A stretch of 64,000 nt of DNA from contig CATOCA020000001.1 of the NCBI GenBank assembly GCA_951406725.2, forward strand, positions 6,014,001-6,078,000. Reading direction: 5' to 3'. Below the pieces are notes generated by a model, which did no database searches, had not been told where the DNA came from, and saw only the letters and a list, made by a program, of their open reading frames with translations. Below are positions 14,381 through 27,900 of this stretch, piece after piece. The first letter of the stretch is position 1, and each line of letters starts with the position of its first letter. Source of the DNA: Octopus vulgaris (taxonomy: Eukaryota). Made by a program: the position numbers and the translations under genes.

Positions 14381-15100
14381 GACACACACGCATGTATATA
14401 CGCAAACAATTTAAAAACTTACTTCGTTTAGTAAATCCAAGGGTGCATCCTCGGAATTAAACACTTTTGTTGCCATGGCTAGGTGCAAACAGCTGTTACC
14501 TTCACCATCAACAGCATTTACATTTGCACCCAGAGCTATTAACTTTTGTGTCATTCCGAGGTGACCCCGGGAAACGGCTTCAAGCAATGGTGTCCTTTCC
14601 ATTTTGTTCTTAATGTCCAACTGAAGTGAACCCTTTGTGGAAGTAAAAATAGAAAATGAAAATTTACATGAAAATCAGGATGGATATCAATGTGTCATTA
14701 TTGTCTTCTACTGTATACTTGATCAAACTGATCATGTACATTTGATGTTTGTCCGAAAAATCAACCTTCGTAAGATCCTCTAGATGTTGCTATGAGAATG
14801 TGTTCTAGACAGGATAAAGATGTCCTAAATAGATTGTTTCAGCTTAATCTACCTGTATTCCTAACTATAGTAAGTTTTAGGGGAGCTGAACACGAGTGAA
14901 CACATGATTAACAGATCAAGACTAGTAAAGAAGAATTGAAATTTCTAAAGTATACTTTTGATGTTGCTATAATTAATAAGAGGTTCATAAAACTGTTGAG
15001 GTGGTTAAAACGTGGTGGTGGTGGTGGTGGTAGACGTAGGTAAAGACTCCCTCTGGAAATTAATGCGCTTGAACACACACATACACAGAGACACACTCAA

Positions 15101-15183
<83 letters not shown>

Positions 15184-16870
15184 TATACATTACTGTTGGA
15201 TATATAAATATAAATGTTGAATGAGGAATATGTAAAATGAAGTTCACGAGAAACTTTATTCATCACAACGATTGGTTTGACCCATGTTGCATCGATTCCT
15301 TGCGGGTGGGAGAGTTCTCGGTGTCGCTTGGTATGTTGTTGTTGTCAGTAGGTTCTTGGATTATAGCATTATAGCCAACAACCTCCTGGCAACAACATGT
15401 CAAGCGAAACCGAGAATATTTAGTGAGGTTTCTTCTGTAAAACAAGACACCAGATGAGATGCATCTGCACCGGAGGATGCAATACATCCAATTATACAGT
15501 ATCCAACCCACAAGTGTCCGATACAAAATGGGTCAATACTCCATTTCCCAATCCCCCATTTGTAATAAAACTCAAAAAACCGTGAAATTCCTGAGGTAGA
15601 CTAAGTGGCAATTATATCACAACGTGTGTGAGTGTGTGCGTGCAGACATACATACATACATACATACATACATACATACATACATACATACATACATACA
15701 TACATACATACATACATACATACATACATACATACATACATACATACATACATACATAGAGAAACTGTGCATAGTTTAGCTGTGCAGCGGATGTTGACAT
15801 AAAGTGAAAAATAAAGTATCTTGAAATAAACTGAATAATGACATATCTATGTATATATATGTTTTGATTGTAGAAAAGATAAATCCGGAGAAGAAGCACA
15901 CTCTAAGATGCAGAGCAGTGTATATTTTAAAACTGGGGAAGGCCGGTTTCCGGGATTACCCTTGGTTTCCGGTCCAAAAAGGATTTAGCTCCATGGCGTA
16001 TCATTAGACCCCAAAACCTGTTGGCCTAAGACCTCTTCCAAATATGGAGGTTGGAAAAGCCCTTCACCTCATACGCCTAATCACGTCCAATAGCTTTTCC
16101 AGCTGCATACGGGTGTATAGTTCGTTGGATGACGTGGGGATGTTATTGCTGGAGTATCCGAGGTCAAATTCTTTCATATTTATGGGAGACCCGTGGTTTC
16201 AGTGAATATGTAGAAACGCTTCAATGGTGAGCTATTTAACAGAAACCACATGGTCACTGGGATAATCTCTTGCTAGGGAGCTGAAAAGGATCGTTTGCAG
16301 AAAAATTAAATCCCTGGCTTTTTCCCTTCCATATTTTGAAGAGGTCTTAGGCCAACAGGTTTTGGGGTCTTACGATACGGTACAAAGCTAAACCCTTTAT
16401 GAATGGGAAACCTAGGGTAATCCCATAAACCACCCCAATTTTTAATAAACATATATATGTATATGTATATATATATAAGTGTATATGCATGTATGTATAT
16501 TTACTGCTTCCTTTTTGATATCTTACTAAATCTCCTTCTCTCTTCCATAAAAAACTGTTTTGTAAATTATTGTCTTCCATACATTAATATTTTGAAAATA
16601 AAATTCTGTTCTTGTATATGTATATTGCATTGAAGAATGGATGTAAACATGATATTCTATGAACTGAGGTGCTTGTCATTTATACCTGTTTTACTTTGTA
16701 AATTGTACGATGGCACTGTATGATTTATAACCTATACACTAATGCAGACATGTAAAAGAATTTATCAGACAGATAGATAGATAGATACATACATACTTAC
16801 ATACATAGACAAGAAGAGATATAGAGAGAGAGAGAGACAGACAGACAGTTAGACAGACAGACAGACAGAC

Positions 16871-16957
<87 letters not shown>

Positions 16958-17308
16958 AAGAAATAGATAGACACACATCCATATATGGTTGTAGTGAAAG
17001 GAGCTTTTTTCCCAACCATACACGGTTCTACGTTGAATCACTCTGCATGGAAACTCAGGCAAGTATATTCTACTCTTGCCTTGGGCTGAACAAAATCTAT
17101 GTGTGTGCCTATGTATGTGTCTATGTGTGTGCCTATGTATGTGTGCATGGGTGTGTGTGTGTGTGTGTGCGTGTGTGTGTAGTGGTTCAGCAAAGAGGCT
17201 GAGAGGATAAGTGATATGCTTAAAATAAAAAAAAAGTACTGGGATCGATGTATTTGGCTAAAAATTCGATGATGCCCCAGCATGGCCGCAGGCAAATGTC
17301 TAAAACAA

Positions 17309-17385
<77 letters not shown>

Positions 17386-19384
17386 GATATCTGTTATATT
17401 TTGGTTCATCTCATAATGACCTTGTTTCATTTGACCATTAAAGATATTATTATCAGTGGTGGTGGTCAGTTGGACTGTCCACACCGCTAATATCAACATC
17501 AACATGATCAATATAAAATTCCTCCACAAACACAAGGCTTTTGTAGTACATGTGATTAAATCTATCTCCATTATTTCACTGGTACATTGGTAATATTTAT
17601 ATTATACATATCAATATAATACTGGAGAGTGTATATAATATGTATTTATTAACTAACCTGGATCAGCATCTTTGACACTATATTATATCTTTGCCTGAAA
17701 GTAATGGATAAGGAAAGAAAAACATGAAAAAAACAAACATCACACAGCTTGAGATAATAGTTATTAGGTCATTAAAGAAAACAAATGTAATTAGATCACA
17801 ATAACTTAATTACAGCAATTATTACACACATACTCACACACACATATATATTTATTCAATACACACTCTACACAGTAGAACAATGATATATACACACCTG
17901 AGTAAACCCAGAAATGTAAAGACAGGAAAAATACTGCTAAGAATTCTGACAGCTAATATAAACATGAAATTTAGAAAGGAAAGAAGGGCTACAGGTAATC
18001 ATATGAACCTCAGTACATGACTGGTATTGTATTCTATCAACCTTGAAAAGATGGAAGAAGTTGACCTTGGCAGGATTTGAACTCTGAACGTAAAGAGTCG
18101 TAAATAAAATAACACAATTTATTTTCTCTAAATGTAATAAGAAACAAGAACAGGAGAAAAGAAGGAAGACAGTTTATTAAAGGAACCCCTGGGTATTACT
18201 GGTACAGATTATATTGACCCCAGAGTGATAGTAAATATTCTGGTAGGATTTGAACATGGAACATAAAAGAGACAAATGTAAATACTGTAAGGGGATGATT
18301 ATCTATTTAGCCCAGGGTCAGAGTAAATAGGGAAACTACAAAGGAGAGAGAGTGAGGAAGAAAAAGAGAAAGAGAGAGAAAGTAGTTCTAGATGGGATGA
18401 AAGGAAGAAGAGAGAGGATTTGAACCTGTAACGTTGAGGAAATGGAGAACGAGATGAAGTAAAGTGTCCAGTCAGGCAACAACAATAACAATTATGGTGA
18501 TGATTAATTAATAAAGTAGATTACAGTGTTCTTTCAGTGCGAAAGAGAGAAGGAAGACAATGACCCCATGGTGGGATTATGACATGAATGACTGAATGAA
18601 AAAGAAACAAACATTATTGAAAACATAAAAGAAACAGATTTGGATATTCCAGATCCAATGGGGACTTACCGCTGAACTGCCACATGCAGTGGTGTGTCAC
18701 CTTTGTTGTTCACGACATTGGCATCGATGCCATTGTGACCCAACAACAGCTCGACAGTGTGCAAGTTTCCCTTATAACAGGCCCGGTGCAGCGGTGTTTG
18801 ACCATCTTCATCTCGAGGATTAACCTGATGAAGAAAAGAATAAAAACATTAAAAATGGTGTCTGAAAGGGGAGTCGGGTGGTGAAGAATTAAAAGAAAAA
18901 CTCACAGAAAAAGAGAAGAGAAGGAATGAAATTAATTAAACAGTTGGAATGATTGGGGTGGGGAGTAGGTAATGGAGATTTCTATTGTATATACACACGT
19001 GTATACACACATACATATGTGCATATAAATATATTTATGCACACACACACAAACACACGCATATAGGATGAACAACTCAATAAATAAACACATAGAGCAG
19101 CAAAATGTGTGTGTGTATGTGTGTATATACGTGTGTTCGCGTGTGTGTGTGTTCATAGTTACATTTATTCTTTTATTCTTTCATTTGTTTCAGTCATGTG
19201 ACTGTGGCCATGGTGGAGCACTATCGTTAGTCGAGCAAATCGACCCCAATAAGCCTAGTACTTATTTTATCGGTTTCTTTTGCAGAACCGCTAGTTTACG
19301 GGACGTAAACATCGGTTGTCAAGCGATGTTGGGGGACAAACTCAGGCACACAAACACACGCACGTACACACAGACACTCACCCC

Positions 19385-19441
<57 letters not shown>

Positions 19442-21642
19442 GAGGGGCGTTCAATAAGTAATGCCCCTGACCCACTTCCCATAGCAGTAGATCAACGAAA
19501 CTTGGCACAGTTATTAGTCTTTTTCTACATAGGAACCACCCATAGTTACGCATTTCTCCCATCGTTTGATGCGGCTCTGGAGACCGTTTTTGTAGAAGAA
19601 CCCAGCTTGGTCCTCCAACCTCAACGTGACTTCAGAAATCAAGGCTGCATCATCTGGGAAACGCTTTCCTTTCAAAAACAACTTCATGATTGCGAAGAGG
19701 TGAAAATCAGAGGGTGCAAGGTCAGGAAAGTAGGGGGTGGGGGAGGAGTTCATAGCCATACGCCTGTGCTTCTGATCTGGCGACAAGCGAGTTGTGGACC
19801 GGAGCGTTGTCCTGCAGGAGGAGGATGCCTTTGCTGATCTTGCCCCGCCTCTTGATTTTGATAACTTCTCTTAATTTCCTCAAAAGTGAAGCATAATAGG
19901 CTCCTGCAATTGTGGTACCCTTTGCCAGGAAATCTGTCATCACTATTCCGTCCTGGTCCCAGAAGACTGTGAGCATGACCTTGCCAGCGGAGGGCTGCAC
20001 CCTTGCCTTCTTTGGAGGAGGTGAGTCACGGTGCTTCCACTGCATTGACTGGGCTTTGGTCTCTGGATCATCGTGATGAACCCAGGTTTCATCCTGTGTA
20101 ATCAGTCTTTTGAAAAATTTTGACTCATCTTGGCACATCTCCAAATTCACCCTCGAGAACTCGACGCGTTCTTGCTTCTGGGAAGGCGTGAGCAACCTGG
20201 GAATCCATCTGGCAGACACCTTTTGCATATGCAAATGGGTCATGAATGATAGTTTCCTCAGACCCGGTACTAATCTTGACCTCATGGGCTATTTGGCGAA
20301 TAATTATGCGTCGATCTTCCAAAATGGCAGCCTCAACTTGACGGACAGATGCCTCATCAATGGCAGAAGGGGGCGACCAGATCTGGGAGCTGTTTCCACA
20401 GAGTTCCGACCATGTTTGAATTCACGATGCCAGCGTTTTACAAGGTCATATGATGGGGCATCATCAACATAAGTTACTTTCATTTCATCAAAAGTCTCCC
20501 GTGGTGTGCGTCCTTTCAAATACAAAAACCGGATCACTGCTCGACACTCAACAGGCTCCATTTCACACTTGACTCGGTTCAAACACCTGTAAATCAGAAA
20601 CCACAATTAATTCAGAGCTGTAATTTGACACTTACTCTATAGAGATATAAATGATTGCACATGCAAAATTTCAGCTAGATCAAACAATTGCAAGTGGGTC
20701 AAAGGCATTACTTATTGAACTTCCCTCGTATAAGGAAAAACGTCTTTGTGTGTGTGTACGTTTTTGTAATTTATGCATATCCACAAATTAGCACGCATGT
20801 CACTCAAATTTTAGGAGGTCATTCGTCACGACACCAGCTGTATTTTCATCAAAATATTTTTCCCTGAGACATCCGCGAATAGCAGTAAATAATTTTGAGC
20901 CATAACTTCTAAATTTTTAAGATGGTGAAAGCTACCATTGTTTACAAAGCAAACATTAATTAAGTCCCCTCCTAGCGACGGTGTAAAGAGAGAGAGAGAG
21001 AGAGACGGAGAGAGATAGAGATAGAGAGAGAGAGATTTTTATAATTTCGTCTTTTTACTAATAACAGACAGACAGGTGTTGTTATGTATGTTTGTATGCG
21101 TGAATGGCTTCAGTCACGCATACACACACGCGAGCATGTATGCGTAAAAGACACATGTATGAAATGTTTGTGTGTGTGTGTGTGTTGCGCGTATATATAT
21201 ACGGGCCACATGGACGATATTCTCCGTTTCTCCACAACTAATTTCCAAATTAGCTGAATCCGTTGTTCTAATCATAGCGATATATAGCTGGTCGTGCGTG
21301 AACATGGGAGAGAGCAGAGGTTACCAGAGCAAAAGACCTACGTGTTGACTGTAGACACGCTCCTTCGCAAACGATCAGCTATTATTTTGTAAACAATGTT
21401 TCGAAACTGTTCATGTTTTCGAAAGCAGAGGGGTCAACCTAAAGCGTTTGACCCGGTCATAAAAATAAACAAAAAAATAGTAATATGTGTAAAACAACTT
21501 CCTCTAAACGAATATGACCAAAAAAATGTGCTCTCGCGAAAGGAGGGTGGGAGGAGAGGCCTATGGCCTTTTCTTTGATAATATCTTTCTTGCTTATTTA
21601 AATTCAGTTCAATGCAGTCTTGCCTTGAACCAACTATTTCTC

Positions 21643-21702
<60 letters not shown>

Positions 21703-22629
21703 CTTGATAATCGTTTAGAACAAGTTGTTTTACACCTATTACACTATTTTTTTGTTTTTGTGCCCGGGTCAGACACGTAACATTCACAATGTGAAATTTC
21801 CGAGGCTTCTCCCCCACCCCTTTTCGTGAGCGCGCATTTTTTGGGGTCATATTCGTTTAGAGGAATTTGTTTTACACCTATTACACTATTTTTTGTTTGT
21901 TTTTAAGACCTGGTCAAACACTTTAGTTTGACCAGGAGAGGTATGACTTTCACATCTCTGCGGAAGAAGGTAGGCTTCTCTATTCCTGTTACAAAACTTA
22001 CTTCCGGGTGCCAAACTTGCTTTAATTGATGGTATTACTTGGGTAGGAGGTGGTGGTGGGACAGTGGCAGGGGCAAAGGTGTGCAAAAACATGTATACAA
22101 TAGGTGTATGTACGTATATGTGTGCGTGTGTGTGTGTTTTGCCCATATGTATAAACTTAGTTGTGATCTGAACATAATCGCTTCTCACACAGAGGATCAG
22201 GAGCGCTTTTGGGCGTCCTATTTACCTTGCTGGAAGGGTTCTCAATCCATGGGCAAAGTTGGGTTACATGAAAAAAAACAATCGATGAGTGTAAAAAATC
22301 GAGAAACCGATTTCTTATGGAACCATGTGGTTTGTAAGCAAGCTACTAACCACACAGCCACTCCTCTGCCTATATATATATATATATATATATGAATGTG
22401 GTTGCATTTTCATCATGAAGCTTTTAAGAATAAATATTTCTAAATAAAATTTTCTGAAAATCCATCCCTTTCAACGTCTTAATCAACAATTATGTCTGGA
22501 GTTGGGATTGGTTTGAAACTCGTCAAATGCTTCCATTTTCTCAACATAATCTTCATCGAATATCAATGATTTTCATTATAAAATAGGAAACACCACAAAG
22601 CTATGGGGAAAAAATAAGGGTCTCATGAA

Positions 22630-22683
<54 letters not shown>

Positions 22684-23119
22684 GTGTGTTTGTGTGTGTA
22701 TGTATATATGTATATATGTATATGTATACTCATATATACGTTTATATACATACATATGTGTGTGTATATATATATATTGTTATATATATGTGTATATACA
22801 TATGTATATATATATATACATATCTATATCTATATATATATATATTATATCTTATAGGCATGTATACATTATATATACGATTATATATACGTACCTATAT
22901 AAGTGTACCCCAAAGTTCGGGTGAAGAGTTCAGCAAAAATTCACAAGAGTATCTTTTGTTTCCTCGTAATTTTTCAAAAAGTGGATAAATTGTTAGGAAA
23001 GTATCGAGAAAAACCTTTCGGAGAAGATTAGGATTATTTCGGAATATAATATGAATGAAGAGAAACACTAACATATGCAAACCACAATTTACATTATATA
23101 TACATCCATACATTTTATT

Positions 23120-23179
<60 letters not shown>

Positions 23180-23435
23180 TACACACATACAGACACACAC
23201 GCACAAACATATATATATAACCACTAACCTCAACATCGGTCTGTTTTAATAGGAATGCAACGCCATCTCTCCGGTCATTCGCTGCAGCCAAATGGAGAGG
23301 AGTCCAGCCATCATCGTCCTTCCCATTTATGTCGCTTCCCCGTGATAGTAAGAGTTCCACGACTTCAACATTATGACTGAGAGTAAAAGATAGAAACATT
23401 GACTAATTTACATTAAACACCTAATTGTTTTGGCT

Positions 23436-23469
<34 letters not shown>

Positions 23470-24484
23470 CCATCATTATCAGCAGCACTATTTTCATCGC
23501 TATCATCCTCATCGACATCATCGCCATCATCATCATTGCCACCACCTCCATCATTATCGTAATCATCATCATCGCCATCATCACCATTATCATCATCGCC
23601 TTCATCATTTTCATCATCTCCATCATCATCATCACCCTCATTGACAACACTATCATCATCATCATCATCGTTCATATCAACCATCATCTTCAACATCTCC
23701 AAAATCATCATAATCATCATCATCATTCATCGGCATCATCATAGTCATCACCATCATAAACACCAACATCACTATCGTCACCATCATCGTCATCGTCATC
23801 ACTATCATCGTCATCATAATCATCATCATCATCATTATCATCATCGAGATCATCATCGCCATCATCATCATAATCATCATCATAATCATGATCATCATCG
23901 ACTTCATCGTCATCATCATCGCCTCCATCATCATCATCACCACCATCATCAGCATGATCGACATCATCATCATCATCATCGTCATTAACATAATCATCAT
24001 CATCGTCATGATCATCATAATAATATCATCGTAATCATCATCATCATCATCATCATCATCTCAATCATCATCATCACAGACATCATGATCATCATGATCA
24101 TCATAATCATCATCATAATCATCATAAAAATCATCGTCATCATCGTCAACATCACCATCATCATCTTCATCATAGTCATCATCATTCTCATCATCACCCA
24201 CATCATCATTATAATCATTATCATCATCCCCATCATCATCATCAACTTTATCATCATCGTTATCATCATCATCATAGCATTCATCATCATCATAATCATC
24301 ATCATCATCACCTTCATTGCCAACACCGTCTTTATCGCCAACACCATCTTCATCATCTACAATGTCATCATATTCAATATTATCATCATCATCATCATCT
24401 TAATCATTCATCGCCACTATAATCATAATCATCATTGACATCAACAGTATCATCATCTTCGTCATCAAAATAATCACCATCATC

Positions 24485-24516
<32 letters not shown>

Positions 24517-24898
24517 CACCATCACCATCATCAGCCTCATCATCGTCGTTATCATCATGATCATCATGATCATGATCATCATCATCATAATCACCATCAT
24601 CAGCCTCATCATGATCGTCATCATGATCGTCATCATCGCCATCAACATAATGATCTTCAATATAATCATCATCATCATCATAATTATCATCTTTTATCAT
24701 CATCGTCATCATCATCATCAACATCATCATAATCATCATTGTTGTTATCCTCATCATGGTCGTCATCATCATCATCGTCGTTATCATTATCATCATTATA
24801 ATCATCATCGTCATCATCCCCCTCATTGCCACCACCATCGTCTTCATCATCATTCGTCGCCACTATAATCATAATCAACATCATCAGCGACATCATAT

Positions 24899-24970
<72 letters not shown>

Positions 24971-27900
24971 GGTCGACATCACCAATACCGTCATCGTCAT
25001 CATCATCGCCGTTATCATCATCATATTCGGGATTGTTATGATTGAATAATGACTAATGAATTGGATCGATGACTAAAGAGAAGCTTGTTGTTGTTGTTGT
25101 TGTTGTTTGCTAGTCTGCTGTTGTGCTGTTGTCCCACTGCAACTACTCTGGCCTCTTTGGATATTGAACCTGTGTCTGCAATTGCAACAAATTTACAAAC
25201 AAAAACACATCTGCAGATTTTACTTGATTCTCAACTTACCCCTTAACAGCCCAATGTAAAGCTGTACGACCAATTGGGTCTTTTCTTCCCACCTCGCCTC
25301 CTGCTTCTATCAATATTTCGATGATTCTTCTATCGGCGCCCACGTCACAGGCCCACATTAAAGGAGTTGGTCCAGATCCATGAATAGGTTTATTAATCTG
25401 TAATGAAGAAAGTGAGGACATGTGAAATAGAGAAATTCCATTTACTCTCTCTCTCTCTCTTTTCTCTCTTTGTCTCTCACTCTCTGTCTCTCCTTCTTTC
25501 TCTCTCTATCTCCCTCTTTCATTTCTTTCCTTCTCTTTCTTTTCTCACTTTCTCTCTCTTTCCCCTTTTTCTCTCTCTCTTTCTTTCTCCTCTGTCCGTG
25601 TCTCTTTTACTCTCTCTCTCTCTCTCTCTCTCTTTTCTCTCTTTCTCTCTCTCGTTTTCTCTCCTCTTTCTCTCATTCTTTCTCTCTCTATCTCCCTCTT
25701 TCATTTCTTTCATTCTCTTTCTTTTCTCACTTTCTCTCTCTTTCCCCTTTCCTTCTCTCTCTTTCTTTCCCTTTCTCTCTCCGTGTCTCTTTTCTCTCTC
25801 TCTCTTTCTTTTCTCTCTTTTCCCATTTTCCTTTCCTCCCTTTCTCTCTCTCATTTCCTTCCTCTTTCTCTTTTTCTTTTTCCTCTTATCTTTCTCTTTC
25901 TCTATTTCTCAATTTCTCTCTTTCTCTCTCCGTCTCTCTCTCTCTCTTTCATTTCTTTCTCTTTCTATTCTTACATTCTTTCTCTTTCCCTTTTCTTCTC
26001 TCTCTTCCCTCTCTCTTTTTCCTCTTTTACCCTCTCTCTTATTCTTTTCTCTATTTTTCCATTTCACTTTTCTTTCTTTCTCTCTTTTCTTACTCTTTCT
26101 CATTTTTCTTTCTCTTTCTCTCTTTTTCCATTTCTCTTTCTTTATCTCTCTCTCCTATTTTTATCTCTCACATTCTTTTCCCCTTTTCCCTCCTTCTTTC
26201 TCCCCCTCTCTTTTTCTATTCTCTCTTCTTTATCTCTCTCCTTTTCTTTTCCCTCTCCCTCTCTCTTTCTCTCTCCCTTACTCGCTTCCTTTTATCTCTC
26301 TCTTTCTTTCCTCTCTTCCTCTTTCTCTGGCAATATTTTCTCTTCTCTCTCTCTCTCGCTCTCTCACTTTCCTTTTCTGCTTCCTCCCTCTCCCTCTCTT
26401 TCTTTCTGCCTCTTTGTCCTTTCCTTCCCCTCTTCTTTCCCTCTTTTCCTTTTCTCCCTTTAAGGGACTTACTTTTTTCTTTTCTCTCCTCTCTTGCCTT
26501 CTCCCTTTCTTTTCTCTCTTTCTCCCTCTTTCTTTTCTCTCATTCTCTTTATCCCTTTTACGTCTCTTTTATCCCTCTCTTTCTCATTTCTCTCTCTTTC
26601 AGTGTTTGTTTTTCCTCTTTCTTCCTCTCTCTCTCTCCCTTTTTCTCTCTTTATTTCACTCAGTACCTTTTTCTTCTCTCATCTTCCATCTTTCTCTCTT
26701 CCTCTCCCTCTTTCTCTTTTTCTATTCTCGCTCTCTCCCTCTCTGCTTCTTTTCTCTCTCTTTTTATTTTCTGGTTTTCCTTCTCCCTATCTCTCTTTAT
26801 CTTTTCCTTTTCTCTCTTTCTCCCTCTGATTCCTTTCTCTCTCTCTCTCTCTCTATCTTTTTCTTTCCTCTCTTTCGCTCGTTTTCTTTGTCTGTTCTCT
26901 CATACTCTCTCATTTCCCCACTGTCTTCCTCTCTTTCTTTTTCCCTTCCTCTCTTCCTTTCATCTTCTCTTTCTTCCTCTCATTTCTTTTTCTCTCTCTC
27001 CTTCTTTTCTCGCTCTCTCAATTTTTCCTCTTCTCTCTCCCTCACGTTTTCTCTATAACCTTCCCCCTCTCTCTCACTCTTTCATTTCTCTCTTTCTTCC
27101 TCTCGTTTCTTTTTCTCTCTCTTTCCTTTCTCGCTCTTAGGCTTTTTTCTCCTTTTTTCTCCCTCTCGTTTTTTTCCTTCTTCTTCTCTCTCACTCTTTT
27201 TTCTCTCATTTCGTTTTCTCTCTCCCTTTCTTTTCTTGCTCTCTCGCTTTTTTCTCCTTCTTTCTCCCTCTCGTTTACTTTTTATTCTTCTTCCTCTCTC
27301 CCACTCATTCATTTCTCTCTTTTTTCTCTCGTTTCTTTCTCTCTCTCTCCTTCTTTTCTCGCTCTCTCGCTTTTTTCTCCTTCTCTTTCCCTCTCTCTTG
27401 TTCTTCCCCTCTCTCAGTCTTTCATTTCTCTCTTTTTCTCTCCCTCATTCCTTTCTCGCTCACTCGCCTTTTTCTCCCTCTCGTTTTCCTTTTATCCTTC
27501 TTCCTCTCTCTCACTCTTTCATCTGTCTCTTTTTTCTTTCGTTTCTTTTTCTCTTTCTCTTTCCTTTCTCGCTCACTCGCTTTTTTCTCTCTGTATCTCT
27601 CGTTTCTTTTTCTCCCTCTTTCTTTTCTCGCTCTCTCGCTTTTTTCTCCTTCTTTCTCCCTCTCGTTTTCTTTTTGTCCTTCTTCCTCTCTCTCACTCTT
27701 TCATTTCTCTCTTTCTTCCTTTCATTTCTTTCTCTCTCTTTTTCTTTTCTCGCTCTCTCACTTTTTTCTCCTTCTTTTACACTCTCGTTTTCTTTATATC
27801 CTTCTTCCTCTCTCTCACCCTTTCATTTCTCTCTTTCTTCCTCTCATTTCTTTTCTGTCTCTCTTTCTTTTCTCGCTCTCTGGTTATTTTCTACTTCTTT

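Noticed and set aside
23408-25049. Poly-Met/Asp/His/Ile ORFs
   Set aside because: Translations of a degenerate (ATC)n array
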